A DNA stretch of 62,541 nt, counting the filler, from Vannella sp. (Eukaryota), in assembly GCA_023345925.1 (NCBI GenBank). It is 7 parts of 7 records of this genome, joined end to end, with 100 filler letters (N's around TTAATTAATTAA, not from the genome) between each part and the next. Parts side by side here need not be neighbours in the genome. Positions count along the whole stretch, not along the records: positions 1 to 12,780 come from JAJQQN010000390.1; 6 more parts are not named here. One strand, written 5' to 3'. This document shows positions 1-11,309 of the stretch, piece after piece. The first letter of the stretch is position 1; each line of letters starts with the position of its first letter. The position numbers and the translations under genes were made by a program. Under the pieces are notes generated by a model. The model made no database searches. It worked only from the letters and a program-made list of their open reading frames with translations, and was not told the DNA's origin.

Positions 1-527
1 CTTTTCCACAGCGCCACGGAAGGAGTCTATGACGGTTACTTTGCGTACGATCTACGTGAAGGACAGGGCATCATGCACTATGCTACAGGCAACGTCTACA
101 ATGGCCAGTGGAAGAAGGACACCCCGAATGGAGTGGGGACAATGCACTTTGTGTCCGGTGGATTGAAGAAGTATGAAGGGCAGTGGGAGAACGGAATGCA
201 CCATGGCAAGGGCACCCTCACATTGTCCTCTCTGGCCAAGTACGAGGGCCACTTTAAGGAGAACCTGGTTCGTCCTCCTCTCCCACTACTGTTCTCCCTT
301 CTCACCAGTTGTGGGATCTACAGTTCCATGGACACGGCAAGTTCATTCATGACAATGCAGTTGTCTACGAAGGGACATGGAAGGAAGGCGTACGTGATGG
401 CAAAGGAACTGTGTCGGTCGGTCCAGCCAAGTTCCAGAGCACCTGCACTCGCGCACTGATGGCGGAGGGCAAGCAGGCTAACTTCTTGATCATTCCGGAT
501 GCCCCCATCTTCAACTTTGAGCTCTAA
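1..527 (+). CDS. MORN-repeat protein, 5' truncated; intron 268-323
   Basis: Repeated YxGxWxxGxxHGxG units (VYNGQWKKDTPNGVG, YEGQWENGMHHGKG, YEGTWKEGVRDGKG). A GT..AG intron at 268-323 joins the two ORFs in frame. Confidence 0.85.
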
Positions 528-583
528 ACAGTGACTTTGTTCCACCCGCAAGCAGGGGAAGAGGAGGAAGGGCTGTTTATGGC

Positions 584-844
584 TCAAAGAGGCGCCAAAA
601 ACTTGGGTTGACCAGTTTGGGGATCGAGTGCTACAGGTAGAATGAGTTCTCGGAGGGAGGGCGTCACCTCCACATTCCCTCGGGAGGTGGGAACATCCCA
701 CTTGGTTGTGAGTCCAAACGCGATGATCATCGGGATGAAGCCCCAATGGAAAGCCACCTTAAACGCTCGGTTAAGACCGCCAAGCATCGCCCACGTCCTC
801 TGGACGATCGCATGAAGTTGGTCGGGCTCAGAGACTCGCGGCAT
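584..844 (-). CDS. TOM7: Mitochondrial import receptor subunit Tom7-like
   Basis: About 86 aa from the ATG at 844. Contains AFKVAFHWGFIPMIIAFG, matching the Tom7 H(W/Y)G(F/W)IP transmembrane signature. Confidence 0.75.
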   Translation of the reverse strand: MPRVSEPDQLHAIVQRTWAMLGGLNRAFKVAFHWGFIPMIIAFGLTTKWDVPTSRGNVEVTPSLRELILPVALDPQTGQPKFLAPL

Positions 845-990
845 CAAGACGATCGAAAAATGACCATTTCCTGGAAAAGTAAAAATTCCATCAGCTTTTC
901 GCAAGCAACATGATCCTCATTGACAGTGACGTTGTGAAATGAACTCAACATTTTGTCAACCAATTTATTGCTGGGTGGTTGGGAGCGGAC

Positions 991-1863
991 ATGTCTCTCA
1001 CTCTCGTTGGGCTTCGCCGGTCAACTTCGGGGACTTTGGTGAACGGATGGTGCCGGGGGAGGGTAGCACACCTATCTACTACACGACTGGTATTGAGAGA
1101 TCGTCGACAGCCGAGGCTGTGGCCGTTGGAGGTGGCTGGCGTGATCGTTTTTCTGGTTTGTGTGGGCCCTTTCGTCCTTAGTAAGGTTGCATACAGAGAA
1201 GAAGATCTCTCTGAAGAGATCGACAAGGCTCTGTCTCAGATTGAAGCAGCAGACCCGCAGTGGCGCCGTGTGAAGGAAGGAGGGAACGTTCCCCTCTCAG
1301 AAGTCTTCGACTACTCCGGGGAGTACCCCTCCCGCGCTGCCACCGTCTTCCAACACGGAGACCGAATATGGAAGTTGAACTCTGCTGTCGTAGGGAGCGG
1401 CTTTGGCAGCCAATTCGAGAAAACGATGGTCTGGACGGCGCTGCCCCTCGATTCAACTTCGAGGGAGATCCAGGAGCACCGATGGTACTCATCAGTAACA
1501 GAAAAGATAGTGATGGTTGACGCCTCTGACACAGGCCTCTCCAAAGACCACCAGGGCTCGTGGCAAGTGGAACAATCCTTCAACTTCTTGACCCAACTCC
1601 CTGATGAGCCAGAGGGCACTCTTCATCCTTTGGTACACACAGTCACTACCCATACACATGAGGACAAAGCCAAGCGCCTCGCTGAAACGCACGTGCAGAT
1701 GACCACAGTCGACTACGCTAAACCCTACTCCCGCACCGTGACGTACTCCTTCTCCTTCCCCGGCCCTGAAAGCCTCCCTCTCAATGTTCTCAACGAGGTG
1801 CGGAACAAATGGCGAGACCTCTTCAGCAAATGGGCTTCCCAGTCCCAAAACACACAACCCTAA
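991..1863 (+). CDS. Hypothetical single-pass membrane protein with an Arg/Ser-rich presequence-like N-terminus
   Basis: Intronless ORF starting MSLTLVGLRRSTSG, with hydrophobic segment VAGVIVFLVCVGPFVL. Divergent from TOM7. Confidence 0.6.
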   Translation: MSLTLVGLRRSTSGTLVNGWCRGRVAHLSTTRLVLRDRRQPRLWPLEVAGVIVFLVCVGPFVLSKVAYREEDLSEEIDKALSQIEAADPQWRRVKEGGNVPLSEVFDYSGEYPSRAATVFQHGDRIWKLNSAVVGSGFGSQFEKTMVWTALPLDSTSREIQEHRWYSSVTEKIVMVDASDTGLSKDHQGSWQVEQSFNFLTQLPDEPEGTLHPLVHTVTTHTHEDKAKRLAETHVQMTTVDYAKPYSRTVTYSFSFPGPESLPLNVLNEVRNKWRDLFSKWASQSQNTQP

Positions 1864-1877
1864 ACCCTAAACCCTAA
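1858..1877 (+). repeat. (CCCTAAA)x~3 telomere-type / telo-box repeat
   Basis: CCCTAAACCCTAAACCCTAA overlapping the upstream stop codon, about 115 nt before the Zn2Cys6 gene. Confidence 0.6.
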
Positions 1878-1992
1878 GCCTCTTTCGATGTTCTTCCTCT
1901 CTCTGTTTCGGCTTTACTCCTTCTTTTCTTCGACTCGACCTAAAATGGTCCAAAGGGGAAGTCCAGGGGACGGGGAAGTGAGCAGTTGAAGA

Positions 1993-3756
1993 ATGGCCTG
2001 GTTCTCCACGACATCTCCCTCGTGTCCAACTTTGTCGACAGAGCCGGAGACAGCGGAAGAGTGGAGTGGGAAGGAAGAGCCTGACGAGTCCGAAGGAGTG
2101 GTGAGGAGGCCAACGAGGGCGTGTGACACGTGCCGTCACAGCAAGAAGCGTTGCGACGGGTTGTTTCCGTGTAGTCGTTGTACTGTCACGGCGCGAGCCT
2201 GCACTTACTCTGCACCCAAAAGAAGGAAGCCTCGCGCTACAGGGAATCATCCTTCTCGCTCATCTGCCCCATCTTCCCATGAACCGGGCACCGCCCCGTC
2301 CCAACCTGGTCCACAGCATTTCCAGGTCAAGCTGGACCCTTCAAACACATTACTCTCTCAGCAGGTTACTGCGCAGAGCTTCCTGAACGTGTTCTTCGAG
2401 CGAATCTACGTCATTAACAAGATGATGGACTTGGACATTCGTCAGTTCGAAAGACCGTCAAGCAAGCCCGTCCTGCTTCAGTTCTACGCAGCCGTGGCCG
2501 CATCAAGTCGTGCACTAAGTCCCCATGGTTCTGAATACCGCATGTTCGAGTCCCAAGCTCGGCAGTTGGCGGGAGAACTGTTCGATGACCTCCATGAGGA
2601 GACGGCGGTGGGCTTCCACCTTCTGGCCTTCTTTGCACACGGAGAGGACTTTGCTCGTGGAAGCCACTACCGAGAGATGTCCAAGTCTATGTGCCAACGG
2701 CTCCTTGAGCGAAGAGATTTGAGTGAAGAATCGAGAATGCGGTTGGTGCGCTTGGAGATCATGAACGCGAGTCTACGAGGTATCCAGGACGTGGCTACTG
2801 CCAGGGACTATGATCAGGTATCACACCAGGCCTCTATGCTGCCCCCTATGGCTGGAGGGGACTGCCTCCCTTTGGAGGAACTTTTGGCGATGTTCTCCTT
2901 TCGCACTCGCTTTGCATCTCTATTTAACGTAGAAGAGGCTCCCTTTGAGAGTCTGGCCATACGTCCCCTTCTGCTGGAGGAGATTCGCGAGTTCTCGAGG
3001 ATGATTGACCACCACGTCCAATGGTTCGTCCAAGACAAACTCGTGGCTCCCAACCAGGTGGATTTAGCATACGCCACCTTTTGTATCTTCAAGACGGTTA
3101 TCCTTTATGCAGGTCACCGAGCCCAGGACGCGCTTGTGCTGCTGAAACAAGCGATTTTAGTCTTCGAAGCGAACAGTCATCTTATTTCCTTTCTCAGTCC
3201 TCCCATGGCTGACCTGTTTCACCTCGCCTTTCTAGTAGCCTATTCAAGCCGCGACTATTTCCTCGTGAGCGCGATCAATCGAGTCCAAATGACTTTGAGT
3301 GAGATTCTCCCTTCCACACGTGTCATGGCTCAGCAGGATGCTGAGAAGCTCCACTCTTTGTCTCCTACTCTCGAAAACCAGTTTTATTTTGTTCCAGCTA
3401 CATTCTCAACGCCTTGCATCAACACCAGCCTCGCATGCGTCACCCCAGATTCCGGACGGCCCGATTACGAGCTCCCCATGCTGCCAGTCATGTCCCAAAG
3501 GCTGCCAGTTTCATCCACACCCTTCCACCGCCCCGTTCCTCGATGGGCGCCTCCACCTCCACCTCCACCTTCCCATGGAACTCCCCATTCAGATATTCCC
3601 GGTTTTGTCGAGTTCCTGAGCGAGGCGCTGCCGAACCCGGGTGAGTCTGAAAGTGATTTGTTTGTTTCCTTTTTCACTTCCGAAGTCTCCCGGACTGGCC
3701 CACAAGCCCCCGATTGGAGAGGGCCTCCTGCCACTAGTTGGTCGAAAATGTATTAA
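1993..3756 (+). CDS. Zn(II)2Cys6 (GAL4-type) transcription factor
   Basis: ACDTCRHSKKRCDGLFPCSRCTVTARAC binuclear cluster, followed by basic PKRRKPR, a helical middle region and a Pro-rich tail. Confidence 0.9.
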   Translation: MAWFSTTSPSCPTLSTEPETAEEWSGKEEPDESEGVVRRPTRACDTCRHSKKRCDGLFPCSRCTVTARACTYSAPKRRKPRATGNHPSRSSAPSSHEPGTAPSQPGPQHFQVKLDPSNTLLSQQVTAQSFLNVFFERIYVINKMMDLDIRQFERPSSKPVLLQFYAAVAASSRALSPHGSEYRMFESQARQLAGELFDDLHEETAVGFHLLAFFAHGEDFARGSHYREMSKSMCQRLLERRDLSEESRMRLVRLEIMNASLRGIQDVATARDYDQVSHQASMLPPMAGGDCLPLEELLAMFSFRTRFASLFNVEEAPFESLAIRPLLLEEIREFSRMIDHHVQWFVQDKLVAPNQVDLAYATFCIFKTVILYAGHRAQDALVLLKQAILVFEANSHLISFLSPPMADLFHLAFLVAYSSRDYFLVSAINRVQMTLSEILPSTRVMAQQDAEKLHSLSPTLENQFYFVPATFSTPCINTSLACVTPDSGRPDYELPMLPVMSQRLPVSSTPFHRPVPRWAPPPPPPPSHGTPHSDIPGFVEFLSEALPNPGESESDLFVSFFTSEVSRTGPQAPDWRGPPATSWSKMY

Positions 3757-3819
3757 ATCAGAGTTTGACGTCCGCGGAACACTTTTTCTTGGTTGATTGG
3801 ATGAATGCCTTAGCGGGTC

Positions 3820-6800
3820 CTAAAGGACAGTTCGCAGTTCCCGTGCTTGCTCAGCAACTGGCGCGTTGGAACTTTGCTCCAAAGCAGCCAGCCAATCGAC
3901 TCCAATGTCTCTCAGCAAGTTGCGATTCACGCCTTTAGGGAGGATCAGCTCTGCTCCAAAAGGGCAAATGTGGTGGACTTACGACAGCGGCGGCAAATCT
4001 CTGTGAGAGCGCCAAGAACATTCAATTGGATAGCGGCGTTGTTGCTATTCTCTTGTAAAACGTTCACCAACGGTTCAATGCCTTTTGCCTCTCGAATGGC
4101 AATTTGCATGCGATCTTGAACCCAACAAGTTAGTCAGCCAGTCAGTACATAAGGGAGGAAGTAACTGACTATTTCCCTTTGCGAGGCACCACAGCAGCAA
4201 AGCAGTCGGTTCGGCAAGGAAGCGAGTGCTTTCAGTATCAGCTTGGCATAAATAGATGTTCCCAATGAGAGAGTGAATCGTAGCATCCTTCAATCGGACC
4301 ACTTCTTGATTCTTGTCTGGAAAGGAGTCAGAGTGAGGGCCAAAGGAAAAGGAACTTACAGTGCCCACTGCAAATGGAAGAAAGTGCCTTGAGCAATGGG
4401 GGCTTTTGCTGGATGGTGGTATCGTGAGCGGCAAGGCGCCCTAAAAGGAATTCAATCATTCCAGATGCACGAGTAATAACTTGGTGGATCTCGTTGTTGA
4501 GGCAAAGAGCCCAGAGGGCTCGGAGAGCGGCGCCGTGGTAGGCTGGATCCTCATTCTTGACTAGGTCAATAATATCCTTAATAACATCCTGTTTGCCCAT
4601 CTCAGCGCGGAATTCATCGCTGTTCTTCGCTAAGCAGGCCACCATCTCGCACAATGCATTCAGCACCTTATCAGACTCTGACTGGAAGGCTTCAGCGATT
4701 GCAAACTCTCCCCGCAAGGCCGCGATTCGAGCTCTGGCTGCACCTGGAATTATGGATCAGTCTGGCTCTCTCACTCTCCCCTCGGTAACTTACTGCTCTC
4801 GTTTGAAAGGGCAAGAAGACAGTGAACTGCGTTTGACTGCAATTGGGGTCGGTCCACTTCTTTCAGCATTCGCAGGAGAGGAGAAATCCCGTCGACATCA
4901 CGGATGGCTTTATGGACCACAGCTGAACCTGGATGTGAGTCCTTCTTCACTGTCATAAGATTATCTCACCAAAATTCCCTTCTAGGAGAGCTCGGAGTGC
5001 TCCAGCAGCATTCTGCTGAACCCCACTATTTGGCGAAGACAGATTTCTTGCCAGCAAAAGGGCGCCATCTGAGGCTAACACCTGCTTTGTGTTGAGATCT
5101 GGAAGAGGGTTAGAACGGATAGGAACAGTCGCATCAAACCAACCGTTCTTCTTGCAAAGAGCCATGACAGTGCCTGCTGTAGCTTCCAGGAGGGGAGGAT
5201 GAGAGCCTCGGAGAAAGTCTACAATCATAGGGATCATATCCTTGTCCCGAATTGCGCTCTGCCCTGCTTCTGATATACTTGCGATATTGCTCAGAGTGGC
5301 AACAATGCCCACATTGACCGTGTCAGGTTCGAGCATGAGGCTTTTGGAAATAAAGGTGATGTCCTCATCTGACAGTGCATCAATACTCTCTTGGTTATTC
5401 ACAGTCGCAGCCCAGAGAGCCGTGGCACATCCTGAACGAAGTTCAGAGGAGCCAGGCGATTGCAAAATTGTCATCAAAAGGCCAACTCCCCCCAACTCCC
5501 GGAAGCGATCCTGATTCGCCGTCTGCTTTGCCAGCAGATTGACGAAAAGCCGGAGAATGGCAGATTGGAAGTCCTCTGTGACTGTAGACTGGAGCTGAAA
5601 GAGAATCCTTGGGAAAATTTCCTGTTCCCGCAGGAGATCCCGGAAAGGAACATTCGTGCTGGTTATCACATAAAGTGTCTGGACAATGAGCTGTCTGGTT
5701 CGCTCAGAAACGTGAGAGGACTCTCCCAAAGCTTCGCGGAAGGTCGAGATTCCTCCCTTTTCTACGAGAAGTTGATGGACTTGAACTGACACTCTCGTTA
5801 GCACAAGCGAATGAAGAGGCAACTCACCATTCTTGATGACTAGGTTACGCAGTGTCCCCATGGCCTGCCAGGCAATGTCTTCTTGGTCATTGATGAGAGC
5901 GATGACCCTTTGTACTGTTCCACCTTCTACCAATGGCTCCTGGTAATCTGAAAGGAGATCAGACAGGTCTCATGCAACCTTAAAGATAAAGGAACCCACC
6001 AATGAAGCTGGCGAAGACCCAGCAGCAAGCAGCCGCCAAAAAACGGACTTGACTATCTTCGTCTTCCGTGCAGTCGAGCAGGGTGGGGATGCCGCCGTTC
6101 TGAATGAACTCTTTGACATTCTCCTCTACATTTCAACGCATTAGTCCCAGCCAGCAGCCAGCAGACAGCGGGAAAGTTCACCTTCTCGGGAGATGACAAA
6201 GCCAAGGACGTTCAGAGCGAGGCGGCGGAGATCGCCACCACCTTTGAGGCATCGTATGATCTCCTCCATTCCCCCTACTTGCTTGAAAGTACGTTTGGCT
6301 TCCGCTGTTGACCGGATGAGAGAGAATAAGCGTCCAATAGAACACTGAAGGCCGAAGGGGCATACCGTTTGAACCAATGATGTGGAGGATGCGAAGGGAA
6401 GCCTTTTGAATGTTCAATGATCCCTTCTTAAGAACAAAGACGAAGATGGGAACCCCACGAATCGCCTCCGCTTTGGTCTCGTTGTTGGTTCCGGCTATTT
6501 CAGCCAGACGGCTCACCAGTTCCGTCTGTAACAGCGCAGTTAGAGAGAGGAAGTCTTAGAAGAGTGTCTGGCTAGAGACGTGCTACCAACCTCCTCTTCT
6601 GGCGTTCGGGACTTCCTCAGAAGGGTCATGTGCGCGAATACTTCTTTGACAGCAGCTCTCTCCGCCTCTTCGTCCTTTGTGGAGGCTTCCTCAGTCTCTA
6701 TAGAGAATAAATGAGTAAGAATGAGGCCCTCCTCAAGAGATGACGAACGCTCTGAGGGGGAGGTGGGCGTAGTCTCTCCCTGCTCATCCACAGCCTCCTG

Positions 6801-6902
6801 CCCTTCCAAACAGATTTCCTCTTCCAGATTGACGTCCTCCAGATTGTCTTCCAAACCCTCCAAACCACCCGAAAGAGCGTCCTGATCAAGCGTCTCGTCC
6901 AT
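3820..6902 (-). CDS. Multi-exon armadillo-repeat protein
   Basis: Many ARM-like units (GGVGLLMTIL, CATALWAAT, VQQNAAGALRAL, GALRALWALC) spread over ORFs linked by short GT-AG introns. Acidic N-terminus; stop at 3820. Confidence 0.8.
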
Positions 6903-7013
6903 CAGAAAGGGACCAACTAAAAATGAGTTCCTTTTGACGACAAAAAAGCGGAATCTTCTCTTATATTTTTTTGGAGCTTTTGGAGCATTTCACCTTGGAA
7001 GGGAGAGAGGGAC

Positions 7014-7288
7014 ATGTCGGCTGCGGGCGAGGAAGACAAGACTTTGATGGATCAGTTGAAGGAAGAAGCGGGTATCTTGCAGAGACTTCAGGAGCTTTGT
7101 AGCCTCCAGATTCACAAGCTGCAGGTAGGGGAAGGGAAGGGGTGAGGGAGAAGGCGAAGGCTAAGTGGATGAAATGGGAGGTCGAAGAGGCGATCCTTCT
7201 TCGCCAACTCCGGACGATTGAAGAAGAAAGCCATACAGATCACTCCAACAGCTTCCTGCCGCCCCTCTCTGATGAAGCGGACCGATGA
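7014..7288 (+). CDS. SNAPC5/SNAP19-like small coiled-coil protein (72 aa; exons 7014-7124 and 7181-7288), absent from the ORF track
   Basis: Spliced product MSAAGEEDKTLMDQLKEEAGILQRLQELCSLQIHKLQ/VEEAILLRQLRTIEEE... resembles the SNAPC5 pattern LxKEExxLxxxxxxLxxQLxxLxVEExxL. Confidence 0.55.
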
Positions 7289-7314
7289 CAGTCCCCAAGC
7301 AGGAAGAATGAAAG

Positions 7315-10300
7315 TTATACATTGATTGGGCGCCCCTTAGCAGCCTCGAGGTCTATCCTAAAGGAGATCTCATCGATACGTTCATCGAGACTGTTCTCTT
7401 CCTCCTGAAGCCCAGCAATCTTCTCACGAAGCTTCTGAGCTTGAATCTCCATCAGCTTCTTCTTTTGCACAAGATCGGCTCGCTTCTTCATGAACACCTC
7501 CATCTGGAAGAGGGCCAAGTCAGTGACGTTATCAGGAAGCATGGAGTAATCCCATTGCTTCCTCTTCGCCATGACGACTTCGGCAAGGAGCGGGAACTGC
7601 GTGCCGATGATGACAAGCTGCTGCAGGATGAGGTCGAACGTGGGACGCTCTTTTGGGGAGTTATTGACGCACATTTGGATCAAACGCACGAGCTCTTCAG
7701 GAATGGGCCAATCAGGATGGAAGGCGAGAAAGTTGTTTTCTTGAAGTGCTCGGATGATACCCTCTGTGAAGAGCCCCATGAAGGGTGGTTCTTTCGAGAA
7801 CATCTCATAGAGTACTAATATCACTTAGCAAAAGTGGGGAGAGGAGGGAGGAGGAGAGGAATGCACTTACTCAGTCCAAAGGAATACACATCGGCTTTGC
7901 GGTGGTCATGCTTCTCTGCTGGCATGAAGCTGTTGGCTTTCGCTGGTTGTAATACCTCCAGTGGCATGTATCTGGTAGTTCCCACCTCGCCACTACCCGC
8001 TTGTGACTCAGACACGATTCTCGATGTCCCAAAGTCGGTGACTTTGGCACAAGGAGAGAGAGTGGTTGGATCCAGGTCGGATAGGAGGATGTTGTCTGGT
8101 TTGAGATCGCGATGCATCACCATCTGGGAGTGCAGATATTGCATTCCCTCTGCCACATCAATCCCAATGCGAAGAATGAGCTCCGTGGAGAGAGCGGAGG
8201 GTTCTTCCAAGGAGCGGTCGATGAGGCGGCGAAGATCTTTGAGCGGGAGGTACTCCAAGATGAGAGCCAAATTAGGATACTGGGTGCACACACCAACGCA
8301 TTCGATGATGTTGGGATGTTTCAAGTTGGATGTGATTGTGATCTCATTGCGGAAGGAGTCCGCTTCTTCTTTACTTAGCTCGTTGGCTCGGAAGATCTTC
8401 GCTGCCACGTCGCGACCTCGGAGTAGAATTCGGGTTACTGTACCAGATCCGCCACATCCCAGGACCTCACCACCAAGGAGACTTTGAAAGGGAACCTCGG
8501 GGACTTGTAGAATGACTTTGAAAGAGACAGAGATGCTTAGGAATTGGTTGTAGATGATTCCGTGTGTTCCTGAGGACTCCACAACAACGAGTGCTTCAAA
8601 AGTGCCGCGTTTCAAGGCGATGAGATGTAATTCAATACTTGTTGAGTGATCAGGAGGAAGGACTCCTGTGGGATGAGTTATTGTGAGCAGGAAGAATTCA
8701 GACTGAGGAATGATCACTCGGAACGAGTGCGGCTTCCGGCCATTATTAGTGATGACAATCTTGTCCCGAATGTGCTTGTATGATGGCAATGCTCTGACGG
8801 AGTGGAAGAGTTGATACTTGTCAAGCTCCATGTGGAAGATGTCCATCCCTGAGCGAGGAGCAACAGAAGTCGCAGCTTGAATAGCTGGGCTTCTCTCTGA
8901 GAATATCATTGATCCAGCCCATGGCACTTCTGCCTTGATACTAGCTTCAGCTTGATTGTTTAGACGGACTCTCCTTGTGGCCCTCATGTTCGATTGTGCG
9001 TTACTCTGGTAGATCCCCTGCACATCTTTTTGTATCATTTCGAAGAGCTTCTCCTTCATGTGATCATCCATTGTGTCATAATTGACTTGCGCAGCAAACT
9101 CAATTACTTTTGAAGGGTCTTCCACTATAAGTGCAGCAGAGAGAGCCTTTCCAGCGCTTAAGCGGAGGACTTGGTCGACTGGGATATCCACTTTAAGAAG
9201 GTTAACAGAACTGCTATTCTTCTCCATGGAGGAGCCCAATTGACCCATACTATTAGATCCTATGGCATACAAATGGCTTCCTTTCCCTGTAAGACACTGG
9301 AATAAGATATGCTGACCACCGCATTGCAGCGAGATGATCTCTTTCGATGTTCCCATCTTCTTTGGAATATTGGAACATGTGATCGCGCTTCTGGGGTTTC
9401 CCCAACAATAGGCAACATTGCTCGAAGTAAGTACACAGATAAAGTCGCTACCACAGCTTATCTCGACGAAAACAAGCTCTTTTCGTTTGGAAAACTTGAC
9501 AACTTCAGGGGAGAAGAGAATTGGTTTTCTCGAACCAGTGCCTAGACATTGAGAGGTATTGTTTCCCCACGCCACGATTTCTTGGCATCGGGTGAGGGCC
9601 ACACAAAAGTCCTCACCACATCTCAAATGTTGGATTTCATAACCAACCAGTCCGACAACAACGGAAGACTCTGCTCGCGGGGCGCTGATTTTACCAATCC
9701 CGAGTTGGCCTTTGCTGTTGCTTCCCCATGTTCTGATGTAGCTGGAGTAGTGTTTGGAGGAATCACAGTCCTCCACCAATACAGCCGCGTGGTTGGCACC
9801 GAATTGTACATCACTGATAGTTCTTGAAGCTACTCCAGGGGGCATTGGCAGTTCCATGAGTTTTGGCATCAACTTAAGAAGCTCAGGTGAGCCCTGAGAG
9901 CCCCAAACATATAATTGATTCTGGTTGCCTTTGGCACCAGACTGGTTGTATCCTGCATAGATTGCCTGGCACTCAACAGGGAGTGAGACTTCACTGGGTT
10001 CTGTTGATTTACTAATAGAAGGCTGTCCAAGCTGTCCATCCTCACCTTGACCCCAGGAGAAGACTCTCCCACGGTCACAAAGAGCGAGACAGTGAGAGGC
10101 TCCACAGGCCACAATTAGAACACGACTCATTTGACCCATATCACACAGTGGCAGTGTAAGTTCTCGGGGAATGGGGTCGTTCTGGCCCCAGATGTACATG
10201 ACTGGATGCAGGCGGCTCTGCTGCGGTTCAGGGACTCTTTTTTGCTTTTCTTGAGAGAAGCGGTAGTTGATCGGCTTATCTTCAAACTGGCCCGTTTCGT

Positions 10301-11033
10301 TACTGCATATATGGCCAGCTTCGAATAGTTTCAGTGCCAAGCGCTTGGCGGCATCCCGGTTTCCGATCTCCACGAGCTCCACTCTTTGGATGGTGTCTAC
10401 CAGGTCATCGCCATAGAAGCACTCTGGATAGATCTGTAAGAGAGAGCGTGATTCATGCATGACGATGGCTTGTTTGAGGACTTGAACTATCTTAAAGAGG
10501 GACTTTCGGAGGGAACAAACGCAAATCTTGGCTAAAGGAGGTAGGAATGCAATATCGGTGACTTCTATGAGCTCGTTATTGATCTCACATTGATAGAGAA
10601 GCTCGAAGGCAGTTGTCAGGCTCAGCTGGTCTCGGATAGCCTGAAGTAAAGACTCGTAGTCGTTTGCGACGAGGTATAGACGGGTTGCAGGGTCAACAGG
10701 CTTCCCAAAAACGCGTATGATATCTACAACAAGCGTTTGCCCTTCTTGACCGAGACCCAGGTTCGGTTTAGGAGGAGAGAGGCCATCTGAGAACAAGGAC
10801 TTCCACGATTGAAGGCTCAGTGGCTGAGGAGTCCCATCCGAACCTACAGGAGACGGGTTCAAAGATCCTCCATCCCCCTCTGCTTGAATGGGAACAACCT
10901 CTGACACCTTCCTTCGAGAAGACCCGATAAGGTGAACCCGCCGGTGAGAAGGGTCCGCCATGAAATGCTCAATAATTGTCCAATTATTCTCGTTCTTCTC
11001 TTCATTGCTGCTCCACATTCCTCCCTTTGCCAT
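7315..11033 (-). CDS. Multidomain TKL-type kinase: PB1/Ubl-like, DEP, RCC1 repeats, MSP/Ig-like, kinase, C-terminal coiled coil; intron ~7816-7870
   Basis: DEP (YPECFYGDDLVD...KLFEAGHI...YRF), RCC1 (VACGASHCLAL, WGQGEDGQLG, WGSNSKGQLG), kinase GCGGSG / HRDLKPDN / DFG. Confidence 0.85.
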
Positions 11034-11309
11034 TCACTTGGACAGACACTGGAGAAGAAGCTCAAGAAACAAAAAGATCGCCAAACGCCCGAGATCGTTG
11101 CAACGCCCAATAGCTGATTGGGCAGCTCTTTCGGTGTATTGTTGGCTTCTTGATGTGTCCGATTGGAACGAATCAGTGTGAGTGTGGGAGAGAACAAAGG
11201 CGGAGTAATTCACAAAGGAGGGGGATTGTGCAAGAGACAAAGATGAGTCAAATCATAAGCGCAAGAAGTTAAAGTTATTATTAAATCCGGTGGGAGAGGG
11301 AGAACATGA

